Source: a virus
Lineage: Duplodnaviria; Caudoviricetes
IMG/VR virus record: IMGVR_UViG_3300031673_004168
Span: 1-55,185 of that record
Strand: one strand, 5' to 3'
Length of the DNA: 55,185 bases
Both the position numbers and the translations under genes were made by a program. Below the pieces are notes generated by a model. The model was given only the letters and a program-made list of their open reading frames with translations. It was not told the DNA's origin and made no database searches. Below are positions 1-7,823 of this stretch, one piece after another (within the stretch, counting starts at the first letter, position 1; each line of letters begins with the position of its first letter).

Positions 1-440
1 CCCGCCCCGGAGAAGTCCGCGCGGACTGTAAACCTATGTCACCAAAGAACTTATACCAAAACCCAAAACCCATATAATTACAAGCGGACTGGGAACTCTA
101 AGCACAAATTCTATGCTGTAGTTAACATAACGCTTATTATCGGACATTGACACTCCTAACTATGTATAAATAAAAGGCTTACAACTGTCAACTTCATAAC
201 CTTTTAGGTTATTATGTCAACTACGTATGCGGGCATGTATTCTCTTGTTGTCGCAACTATAACAAATATAAGCACTTACAATGGTTGACATCTGTTGAGA
301 TATTTAAAATTCACATAATATTCCGACCTCATTTGAATGCCCTGTAGCACACTTCAAGAAGTTTTTATTTTTTCCGAACCGCCCCTATTTTCTATGGAGA
401 ATTACAATATCCCCACCGTGTGAGTAAAACAGCAGACATT

Positions 441-785
441 TTGTTGAACATTCATAACCTGTTTATTTATATGCAGATAAAAAACTTGCATTGTTGAACA
501 AAGTGTGATATACTTGTTGAACAAAATAATGTTGAACAAAATTTGTTGAACAAAAGAAAGGTATGATATGAAAGAGGTAAGCAGGCGGGAATTTGTGTTA
601 AACATCTGTAAGTATTTACGTAGTAAGGGGTTGTACAGGTTGAGTGGCAGGGAAGGTGATATAGAGGTAGAGATAAGAGGTTTGTCAGACAAAAAGCAGT
701 TGTCAGACAAAAAGCCTAAAGCGTCGAAGAAGTTGTCAGACAAGTCGAGTTTGTCAGACAAAGTAGAAGAAGGTTTGTCGGACAA
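441..785. repeat. Array of ten 11-bp palindromes, consensus TTGTY-N-RACAA
   Basis: TTGTTGAACA(A) at 441, 491, 514, 529 (one mismatch) and 543; TTGTC(A/G)GACAA at 682, 700, 733, 751 and 775 (these encode the LSDK repeats of ORF 568-903). Confidence 0.9.
486..514 (+). promoter_or_regulatory. sigma70-type promoter
   Basis: TTGCAT-N17-TATACT upstream of the ATG at 568; palindromic repeats lie in the spacer and just downstream of the -10. Confidence 0.7.
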
Positions 786-903
786 AAAAGAAGAGACAGA
801 AGTCTTTCCAGTGCGACCGGAAAACAAATCCCTGACGGAATACGGATGCGGATGTAAGAGGGTAGAAGGGAAAGTCTACTGTCCGAAGCACGGAAGGATG
901 TAA
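568..903 (+). CDS. Hypothetical protein with LSDK repeats and a C-terminal CGC...CPKH putative zinc-binding motif
   Basis: ORF with GAAAGG RBS and promoter upstream; five LSDK repeats. Confidence 0.65.
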   Translation: MKEVSRREFVLNICKYLRSKGLYRLSGREGDIEVEIRGLSDKKQLSDKKPKASKKLSDKSSLSDKVEEGLSDKKEETEVFPVRPENKSLTEYGCGCKRVEGKVYCPKHGRM

Positions 904-974
904 AGAGAATCAGCCGAATAGATGAGTGGTGGCGGCTGAAAAAAAATTTAAATATTTAAACTAAGGGGGCGGAA

Positions 975-1181
975 ATGAGTGAAAAAAGTATTTGTAAATA
1001 TTATAGTTATTCTCAGGGTAGATGTTTTCCTGTAAACGTAAGCAATATGACTGTATACGAAGATTGCGAAGAATGTCCGGTATTAAAAGCTGGGAAAGAA
1101 TGTGCTAATTTTAAATATTATGGTGATGTATATGGATGTATAGAAAGGGAACCAGCCGAACAAAAGAGTGGTGGTGTTTGA
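975..1181 (+). CDS. Small Cys-rich hypothetical protein
   Basis: ORF preceded by AAGGGGG; six Cys. Confidence 0.5.
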   Translation: MSEKSICKYYSYSQGRCFPVNVSNMTVYEDCEECPVLKAGKECANFKYYGDVYGCIEREPAEQKSGGV

Positions 1182-1210
1182 AAAAAAATTTTTAGTTTTT
1201 TTGAAAAGAG

Positions 1211-2137
1211 GTGAACGTGGAGAAGATAATCTGCGGAGATTGTTTGGAAGTATTAAAGGATATGGAATCGGAAAGCGTAAATTGCGTAATGACTTCTCCG
1301 CCGTATTGGGCACTTAGAGATTACAAAGTAGAAGGGCAACTCGGATTGGAACCCACGTTCCAAGAATATATCAATAGGCTATGCGACATCTTTGACGAAG
1401 TTAAACGGGTTTTGCGTAAAGACGGTACTTGCTGGGTTAATCTCGGCGATACTTATGGAGGAAGTGGAGCGGGAACTGGTGGCAAGGAAGATATAACGGC
1501 TTGCAAAGAAAGTTTTTTATTGCCAAAAGGGTGCAATAAGAGTAGCAAATTACGTGGAACAAGTTTGCAAAAATGCCTACTTCAAATCCCATCCAGATTC
1601 TCAATAGAAATGTGCGATAGGGGTTGGATATTAAGGAACGAAATAATATGGCACAAACCAAACTGCATGCCAGCAAGCGTTAAGGATAGATTTACGGTAG
1701 ACTTCGAGAAGATATTCTTCTTTGTGAAGAAAAAGAGGTATTGGTTTGAGACTCAGTATGAACCACACATAACTGGCGATAGAAAAATGATAAATTATAA
1801 AGCAAACGTGCCTTCTTCGGTTTCCACAAGAAGACATAACGAGGATAGAATTTATAAAAATAACCCCAAAGGTCGCAACAAACGCTGTGTGTGGAGAATA
1901 AACACCAAACCATTCAAGGGTGCTCACTTTGCCGTGTTCCCAGAAGAACTTATAGAAACACCGCTGAAGGCAGGGTGTCCGATAGATGGAACGGTTTTAG
2001 ACCCGTTTTCTGGTGCGGGTACAACAGGTGTGGTAGCTAAAAAACTCGGAAGAAACTTTATCGGTATTGAGTTAAATCCTGAATATGTGAAGATGTCGGA
2101 AGATAGAATAGCCAACACGCAACGCAGTATGTTTTAA
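1211..2137 (+). CDS. DNA methyltransferase, N4-C/N6-A family, beta class (probably m4C)
   Basis: GDC...TSPPY catalytic motif at the N-terminus; HFAVFP and LDPFSGAGTT SAM-binding motif plus GIELNPEY at the C-terminus. Confidence 0.93.
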   Translation: MNVEKIICGDCLEVLKDMESESVNCVMTSPPYWALRDYKVEGQLGLEPTFQEYINRLCDIFDEVKRVLRKDGTCWVNLGDTYGGSGAGTGGKEDITACKESFLLPKGCNKSSKLRGTSLQKCLLQIPSRFSIEMCDRGWILRNEIIWHKPNCMPASVKDRFTVDFEKIFFFVKKKRYWFETQYEPHITGDRKMINYKANVPSSVSTRRHNEDRIYKNNPKGRNKRCVWRINTKPFKGAHFAVFPEELIETPLKAGCPIDGTVLDPFSGAGTTGVVAKKLGRNFIGIELNPEYVKMSEDRIANTQRSMF

Positions 2138-2154
2138 ATAAATTCGATTTCGAC

Positions 2155-2182
2155 TTGACAACTGAAAAAAGTCAGGTAAACT
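2155..2182 (+). promoter_or_regulatory. sigma70-type promoter
   Basis: TTGACA-N16-TAAACT; the predicted start site coincides with the start of the stem at 2188. Confidence 0.55.
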
Positions 2183-2187
2183 TTGGA

Positions 2188-2279
2188 TTGGACGTAACGT
2201 GGCGTGGTAGCCTGATGGAAACTCTTAAAGCTTGCACAGAGTAAATCGTAAATCGCAAACCAATTGCCGTTGCGTCCAA
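2188..2279 (+). ncRNA. Candidate structured small RNA or leader
   Basis: TTGGACGTAACG (2188-2199) pairs with CGTTGCGTCCAA (2268-2279); internal ACTCT/AGAGT hairpin; intergenic and GC-richer than its flanks. Confidence 0.45.
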
Positions 2280-2363
2280 AAAAAATTCAAAGGAAAGGCA
2301 TGTGCAATAAAAACAATACAAAAAGATTTGGGGGAATCCTGCCACCGTACCTGAAATTTAGCC

Positions 2364-2867
2364 ATGAAAACATACATAACAACAGACACACATTTTTGCC
2401 ATGAGAAAGTGAAAGAGTATTGTGGCAGACCAGAAAACTTTGAAGATTTGGTTTGGAACTCTTTTAGAAGTCTAAGGCGAGAACACATCTTAATACACTT
2501 AGGCGATGTTTGCTGGTACAACCATAAGAAAATAAATAATAGAATAGGATTGTTGCCTTGCAAAAAGATATTGGTGTTGGGCAACCACGACAAGAAATCC
2601 TATAATTGGTACATGAACAACGGTTGGGATTTTGTTTGCGAGACGTTTAGCATGGAACGACATGGTAAGATAGTATTGTTTTCGCATGAGCCTAAAGCGT
2701 GGGACGGATACTTTGATATAAACATATGCGGTCATTTACACAATTCGCAACACAGATTAGAAAACGAATTAAAAGGAATAGAACGGCATGGTCAATACGT
2801 TTTAAGTCTTGAAGATAACAAATACAAGTTATGGAGTTTAGATAAGATTGTAGGTTGTTTTAAATGA
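2364..2867 (+). CDS. Calcineurin-like metallophosphoesterase
   Basis: DTHFCH, HLGD, GNHD, SHEP and GHLH motifs. Confidence 0.9.
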   Translation: MKTYITTDTHFCHEKVKEYCGRPENFEDLVWNSFRSLRREHILIHLGDVCWYNHKKINNRIGLLPCKKILVLGNHDKKSYNWYMNNGWDFVCETFSMERHGKIVLFSHEPKAWDGYFDINICGHLHNSQHRLENELKGIERHGQYVLSLEDNKYKLWSLDKIVGCFK

Positions 2868-2884
2868 AAGGCAATCACAGCGGA

Positions 2885-3107
2885 GCTGGGGTTGTTGAAA
2901 GGTACCTATTTACCGAAAGAACCCCAAACGATAGTAGAAGGTTTGGCTGAACTATCCAGCATAGGTAGATAGGTCTGGCACAGGCAGGCAATTATAGGTT
3001 AAGGGGCTATTTCCGCATAACAGTCACTTAACGAGACTCAGGAGCGGAGACACGTTGCGGATAAGTTTGTCACGCTGGGCAGGGGATAAACCCTGTTGTC
3101 TGTGCCA
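2885..3107 (+). ncRNA. Candidate structured ncRNA(s): pseudoknot-like unit followed by a tRNA-like unit
   Basis: Stems GGGGTT/AACCCC, GATAGT/ACTATC, ACCTATTTACC/GGTAGATAGGT, TGGCACAGGC/GTCTGTGCCA and GCAGGG/CCCTGT in a non-coding gap. Confidence 0.45.
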
Positions 3108-3276
3108 ATTAAAATTTAGGAAGTGAAAAATAAAAACACAAATCTTTATTCAAATACATTGTCCCACGTGTGGTGAGTGGGTACTAAGAAAAGATGATTA
3201 CGAATTTTCGTGTTGTCCGTATTGTGGGGCAGTCGTAGAAACTGATAAAGCCAAGAAAGTATATTATGAGAAAATT

Positions 3277-4086
3277 ATGAAAAATTATATCTGTAAAGGT
3301 TGTGGAGAAGAAATTAATCCATATTTTAATAGTACATGCTCTTACTGTGGCACAGAAAATCCTGTTATGACTAAACCAAAGATGCCCAAGATAGAATCAG
3401 CATACGGTGAAAGCCCATTAGCGGAATTGTATAAATATTACCAAAGGAACAAACGTATATTTTCATCATATCTAATGAACGAAGGAAAAGATGAGGAGAA
3501 AAAGAAGCCAAACTTTCCAAAAGAGATTGGCGGTCTACACGCTTCCAAGATATGGATAGACGAAGCAAGCGGCTTCGACGATTGCATGGGAAAAACTCTT
3601 TTTGTCAAATGCCCAAAATGCGGCAAGAAACAACTTTTTTGTGATAATATTTTTTATTATAGGTGCATGAATTGTTATGAGATGTATACCAAAGAGCAAT
3701 ATTATAAGGAGGCTAAAATGCCAGTTGAAGAATTGTATGTAGATTATTTTGTAGATTGTCCCGAATGTGGCAATAGGATTAGGGTAGACGAAGCGATTGT
3801 TCGGTCTACTCTTTGGATAACTACGTGTAGGTGCGGTCACGAATTTAGAACGGAGACTGAATTGTTTAAACGGTCAAAACAAAAGGAGAAAAAAATGCTA
3901 AAAGTAATTTCAGACGTGTACGAGAAGACAAGCGATGCGGTGTTGGTGGAGAAACATTTTGGAATTTGTCATGGTGTTTTCAATGATAGCAATCCAATGG
4001 ACGCAATTTTAATCAATGGATTCAAAGAAGAAATTTTAAAGAAAGCGAAAGAGCTTGAGAAAGCGGAGAATGACAAAAAAGTATAA
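3277..4086 (+). CDS. Multi zinc-ribbon protein (frame open upstream to 3127)
   Basis: CKGC..CSYC, CPKC..CMNC and CPEC..CRC pairs; an in-frame upstream segment encodes a further CPTC..CPYC ribbon. Confidence 0.7.
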   Translation: MKNYICKGCGEEINPYFNSTCSYCGTENPVMTKPKMPKIESAYGESPLAELYKYYQRNKRIFSSYLMNEGKDEEKKKPNFPKEIGGLHASKIWIDEASGFDDCMGKTLFVKCPKCGKKQLFCDNIFYYRCMNCYEMYTKEQYYKEAKMPVEELYVDYFVDCPECGNRIRVDEAIVRSTLWITTCRCGHEFRTETELFKRSKQKEKKMLKVISDVYEKTSDAVLVEKHFGICHGVFNDSNPMDAILINGFKEEILKKAKELEKAENDKKV

Positions 4087-4294
4087 ATCCCTGACCAAAT
4101 ACAAATTAGGCGATAAGCAAATTTTCATAGTTGAGAATGACGAACGCAGAAAAAACTTTGATGATTTGGTCGGCAGGAAAGTAATCATAGACGGCGTGAA
4201 ATATAAATGTTTAGGCGTGGAAAGAAAACTTCACGCACCGCCGTGGGTTGTTGGAGAAAAAATAGGGTTAATGGTAAATGAGAAAAACAAATAG
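4070..4294 (+). CDS. Hypothetical protein
   Basis: ATG after GGAG, overlapping the neighbouring genes. Confidence 0.55.
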   Translation: MTKKYKSLTKYKLGDKQIFIVENDERRKNFDDLVGRKVIIDGVKYKCLGVERKLHAPPWVVGEKIGLMVNEKNK

Positions 4295-4634
4295 AGAACC
4301 ATTATTAAGTCTAACAAAAAAAGATTTTAGGGTAGACACTTTTAAGTCTGGCGGAAAAGGCGGTCAACATCAGAATAAAACAAATTCTGGAGTAAGAATA
4401 ACGCATATAGCAACTGGTATTTCTTACGAATGCAGAGAAGAACGGGAACAAAGCCGAAATAAGAAAAAAGCTTTTAAAAAATTATGTGCTGATAAAAAAT
4501 TTCTGTTATGGATTAAACAAGAAAGCTTTAAAAAGGAAAACGAAGAGAGAGATAAAGAAAAATATTCTATTACGGAAGAGAATATAATAGTAGAACACAG
4601 GGGAAATGGCAAATGGGAAAAGGAGAAGCAATGA
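4278..4634 (+). CDS. Peptide chain release factor-like (GGQ, ArfB/RF-1 domain) peptidyl-tRNA hydrolase
   Basis: SGGKGGQHQNKTNSGVRITH...EREQSRNKKKA matches the RF-1/ArfB catalytic domain. Confidence 0.88.
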   Translation: MRKTNREPLLSLTKKDFRVDTFKSGGKGGQHQNKTNSGVRITHIATGISYECREEREQSRNKKKAFKKLCADKKFLLWIKQESFKKENEERDKEKYSITEENIIVEHRGNGKWEKEKQ

Positions 4635-4742
4635 AACGGATGCACCCGCAAATTATAGGAGTCTACGTAGTTGTAATGATAGGAGGAATAATACTGATGT
4701 GTTGTTTCTTCGGATTCTTGAGTTCACTTTGTAGATAAAAAT

Positions 4743-4770
4743 TTGCATTCCCAAAAAAGTAGTGTATACT
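4743..4770 (+). promoter_or_regulatory. sigma70-type promoter
   Basis: TTGCAT-N16-TATACT, same hexamers as the promoter at 486; AGGAGG RBS downstream. Confidence 0.65.
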
Positions 4771-4789
4771 TTGTAAAAAGGAGGAAGAA

Positions 4790-5047
4790 GTGAATAGACG
4801 AGAAATGGAAGAAAAAATAGCAAATTTAGCAACAGAAGTTTGCAATCTTAAAACAAAGATGGGTATGGTCAATAATGTTTTACAAAATTTGTTTGGTTCT
4901 TTTTATTATTCTGAATCTCGCACATTAGAAGAAATAAAGAAATCCATTCTTCTTTTAGCCGAAACCTTAGGCTACGAGTTCAAGCCAGAAAGCACAAAGA
5001 AAGAGCCGGCGAAGTTTGTCAAGAAAGAAACCAAGAAAAATACATGA
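4790..5047 (+). CDS. Hypothetical protein
   Basis: GTG start with AGGAGG RBS and upstream promoter. Confidence 0.7.
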   Translation: MNRREMEEKIANLATEVCNLKTKMGMVNNVLQNLFGSFYYSESRTLEEIKKSILLLAETLGYEFKPESTKKEPAKFVKKETKKNT

Positions 5048-5137
5048 AACGCTTTCTTATAATAACAGCAATGACAATAGTAAAAGGCTTCCTTGATATT
5101 TTAGTTAAGTTGTACCGTTTTTTGGAGGAGAAAAACA

Positions 5138-5359
5138 ATGGCATATAAAAAAGTAGATACAGCTGAAGGGTTCAGGAATATAATTACCTGTACTGATGAA
5201 GATGAAATTGAAGAAATAAGAATTACTTTTACAAGAAAAAACAAGTTATTTAAAAAGAAAACACCGCATTCTCTTATATACATAAAAGGTAATGCTGACC
5301 TTAGAATAATAATCGAGGACAAGCCCATGTGGGGCAAACCGATAGTGGATGACAATTAA
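5138..5359 (+). CDS. Hypothetical protein
   Basis: ATG with GGAGG RBS. Confidence 0.65.
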   Translation: MAYKKVDTAEGFRNIITCTDEDEIEEIRITFTRKNKLFKKKTPHSLIYIKGNADLRIIIEDKPMWGKPIVDDN

Positions 5360-5364
5360 AAAAA

Positions 5365-5663
5365 TAACCAAGTGGCTGAATATGCGTGCCAGAGCATAAA
5401 GCACAGAGTGGATAGCTGAAAAGCTATTCGGGCTGGTTGTACAGGTTTATGGGCATAATGCTAAAAAAGCTTTGAGTTGGTCAACTCTTAGCCTCGTAAG
5501 AACAGGACAAATCGCATTAAACTAATGATGATGGCTGTATCCTGTTGGAGGTACTCAATCCTTCCGTTCATTAAGACTAAGCATGACGATACTTAGTTGA
5601 ACGTGGCAGAATAATTCTTGTAAATCGATGGCTTGTGGGTAGTCAGGAATCCCACCTTGGTTA
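5365..5663 (+). ncRNA. Candidate ~300-nt highly structured ncRNA with tRNA-like closing architecture
   Basis: Ends pair (TAACCAAG/CTTGGTTA); GTGGG/CCCAC hairpin stacks on the 3' strand; at least six internal stems including a GAAA tetraloop; no ORF; terminator directly downstream. Confidence 0.6.
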
Positions 5664-5690
5664 AAAATTTTAGAGTTAAAGTCGACATTG

Positions 5691-5739
5691 AAGCCGATAT
5701 TTAGGCAGAGTCAAATCTGTTTAGGTATCGGCTTTTTTT
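5691..5739 (+). terminator. Rho-independent terminator
   Basis: AAGCCGATAT...GTATCGGCTT long hairpin followed by a T tract. Confidence 0.8.
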
Positions 5740-5759
5740 GTTTTAAAAAGGAGGAATTT

Positions 5760-5954
5760 ATGGGAAGCAAAAAGAAAGACAAGCAATTGGGTAAAATTGT
5801 TATGTCCGCAACTCAATTAAGAAGAATGGCAAATGAAATACAACAAAGTTATGGGACTAAGGACAATGTTGAGATTAAGGCTGTTCTAAGCTATAGGGGA
5901 AAAGGAAATGAAAAAACATTAGGAATAATATATAGAAAAGGAGAAACCATATGA
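5760..5954 (+). CDS. Hypothetical protein
   Basis: ATG at 5760 after AAGGAGG (preferred to the TTG start at 5688, which lies over the terminator). Confidence 0.6.
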   Translation: MGSKKKDKQLGKIVMSATQLRRMANEIQQSYGTKDNVEIKAVLSYRGKGNEKTLGIIYRKGETI

Positions 5955-6544
5955 GCACAGAGAAAGAATTAAAAAAATTGGCAGATAAAGAAGCTAAGAG
6001 AGTTCGGGAAATGAATTTTAGGATTATAACGTATCTTCTATATGTAAATCCAAGAGGGAAAAGATATAATTATAGAATTGGAAGCAGATTATGTTTAAAC
6101 GAAAATATGAAGGAATTTGAAAAATCGATAGAAGAAGAAAACAGTTTTCTGTTTGAAACTATGGAAGATGTTTCCAAAGATTTGGTAAAGAAAAGAACTA
6201 AATGGCACATTTTATATAAAAAATTTAAGTATAACAAAATCGTTAAAAAGTTCAGAAACTCTAAAGATATTCCAAAGAGTGCACATATTTTAATTTTTAT
6301 TGATATGTACGAAAACATCACTTGTGTTTGGTTGAAACAAAAAAACGGAGTTCGTAAGTTAAATTGTAGGCAATGGGAAAGTTTGATAAAAAAAATAAAA
6401 AAAGGCAAAGGCGAGAATTTAATATACATCAAAGGCAACGACAAAAAAAGCGTAATTAAAAAAGGGATACTTAAAGCTAAAGAATTTGAAAGAAAATTAA
6501 AGGAGAAAAATGAACAAAGTAAAAATCAAGTCAGTAGAGATTGA
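5951..6544 (+). CDS. Lys-rich hypothetical protein
   Basis: ATGA overlap with the previous gene; AGGAG RBS. Confidence 0.65.
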   Translation: MSTEKELKKLADKEAKRVREMNFRIITYLLYVNPRGKRYNYRIGSRLCLNENMKEFEKSIEEENSFLFETMEDVSKDLVKKRTKWHILYKKFKYNKIVKKFRNSKDIPKSAHILIFIDMYENITCVWLKQKNGVRKLNCRQWESLIKKIKKGKGENLIYIKGNDKKSVIKKGILKAKEFERKLKEKNEQSKNQVSRD

Positions 6545-6791
6545 AGTTGGCAAAAAGAAGTTCAATTTAACAGTTGAAGAAGCAAAGAAGCTGAAGAATG
6601 TTTTAGACGAACTTTTTGGTAAAGAGATTATCAGAGAGGTAAAAGAAATCCACCACCATGACGGGCATTCGCATCCGTGGTATTGGTATCCGCCATGTAG
6701 TACTACTACGCTTGAAATTCCACCGCCAACAGTTTATTTCGATAGCGGTTCAGTCGGATATGAAAATTATGCACTTAAAATAACATGCTAA
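6510..6791 (+). CDS. Hypothetical protein
   Basis: AAGGAG RBS; small phage-type ORF. Confidence 0.65.
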   Translation: MNKVKIKSVEIEVGKKKFNLTVEEAKKLKNVLDELFGKEIIREVKEIHHHDGHSHPWYWYPPCSTTTLEIPPPTVYFDSGSVGYENYALKITC

Positions 6792-6800
6792 GGAGGAAAA

Positions 6801-7823
6801 ATGGTACTAACATCACCAAACTTAAAACCAGAAAGCGTTCTAATAACCGAAGAAAGCGACAGAGCGTTTGGCAGAGCGTTAATTACAGGAGTTTCAGGAT
6901 TTGTGGGCAGGCATTTAGTTGAATTTCTTCAACGTGAACATCCTGAAATAGAAATTCATGGGCTTGTTAGGTACAGGTCAAATGTAGAAAAACTTGATGG
7001 GATAAACTTGCATTATGGCGACCTTAACGATTTTTCGTCATTGTCATGTTTGATTGCGGAAACAAGACCTGATTGCATCTACCACCTTGCGGCGATGAGT
7101 TACGTCGACCAGAGTTTTAAGGCTCCAGCGGATACATTAAAGACGAATATTATCGGCACATGTAATCTTTTGGAATCCGTGAAATGTCTTAAATCGGATT
7201 TAGGATATGACCCAGTAATAGCAATAATCTCATCAAGCGAAGTGTATGGGCAGGTAAAAGAAGATGAGTTGCCGATAAATGAAATGAATCAATTTAGACC
7301 TGCTTCGCCATATGCCGTGAGTAAGGTCGGAGAGGATATGTGTGCCCTTCAGTACCACCTATCTTGGGGCTTAAAAACCTTGCGTAGCAGGGCGTTTACT
7401 CATTCGGGTTCGGGCAGAGGGGAGCAATTCTGCCTATCAAGTTTCGCCAAACAAATAGCAGAAATAGAAAAAGGCAAACGAGAATTTATTTCGGTAGGCA
7501 ATTTAGATTCCGTAAGAACACTTTGCGATGTAAGAGATATGGTAAGAGCGTACTGGCTTATGGTAACGAAATGCGAATATGGTCATGTTTACAATATCGG
7601 TGGCGATGAACATATGACGGTAGGCGAAGCGTTAGATGTTCTTCGTGGTATGTCAACAAAAGACATAGAAGTTAGAGTAGACCCGAAACGATTAAGACCG
7701 TCTGACGTTACTTTACAGTTACCAGACAGTTCAAAGTTCCGAGAAAAGACAGGCTGGAAACCTGAATATTCTGCTAAAGAGATGATGGAAAGCATCTTAA
7801 ACTTTTGGAGAGAACGAGTATGA
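6801..7823 (+). CDS. GDP-mannose/GDP-heptose 4,6-dehydratase-family extended SDR
   Basis: ITGVSGFVG Rossmann motif, HLAAMSYV, SSSEVYG, SPYAVSK (YxxxK), GNLDSVR and RLRPSDV motifs of Gmd-like enzymes. Confidence 0.9.
   Translation: MVLTSPNLKPESVLITEESDRAFGRALITGVSGFVGRHLVEFLQREHPEIEIHGLVRYRSNVEKLDGINLHYGDLNDFSSLSCLIAETRPDCIYHLAAMSYVDQSFKAPADTLKTNIIGTCNLLESVKCLKSDLGYDPVIAIISSSEVYGQVKEDELPINEMNQFRPASPYAVSKVGEDMCALQYHLSWGLKTLRSRAFTHSGSGRGEQFCLSSFAKQIAEIEKGKREFISVGNLDSVRTLCDVRDMVRAYWLMVTKCEYGHVYNIGGDEHMTVGEALDVLRGMSTKDIEVRVDPKRLRPSDVTLQLPDSSKFREKTGWKPEYSAKEMMESILNFWRERV

Noticed and set aside
441-785. CRISPR array
   Set aside because: Repeats are only 11 bp with irregular short spacing, half lie in a coding frame, and there are no cas genes.
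2205-2245. Hammerhead ribozyme (CTGATG...GAAA)
   Set aside because: CTGATGGAAA lacks the CUGANGA core and the intervening stem II.
4278-4634. Sign of stop-codon reassignment
   Set aside because: Genes are intact and densely packed under the standard code, with TAA, TAG and TGA all used as stops.
5365-5663. tmRNA, bona fide tRNA, or group I intron in a tRNA
   Set aside because: No GGGG 5' end, TTCRA loop, CCA end or tag ORF; the GACTA/TAGTC pairing recalls P7, but no P9 or splice-site context was identifiable.
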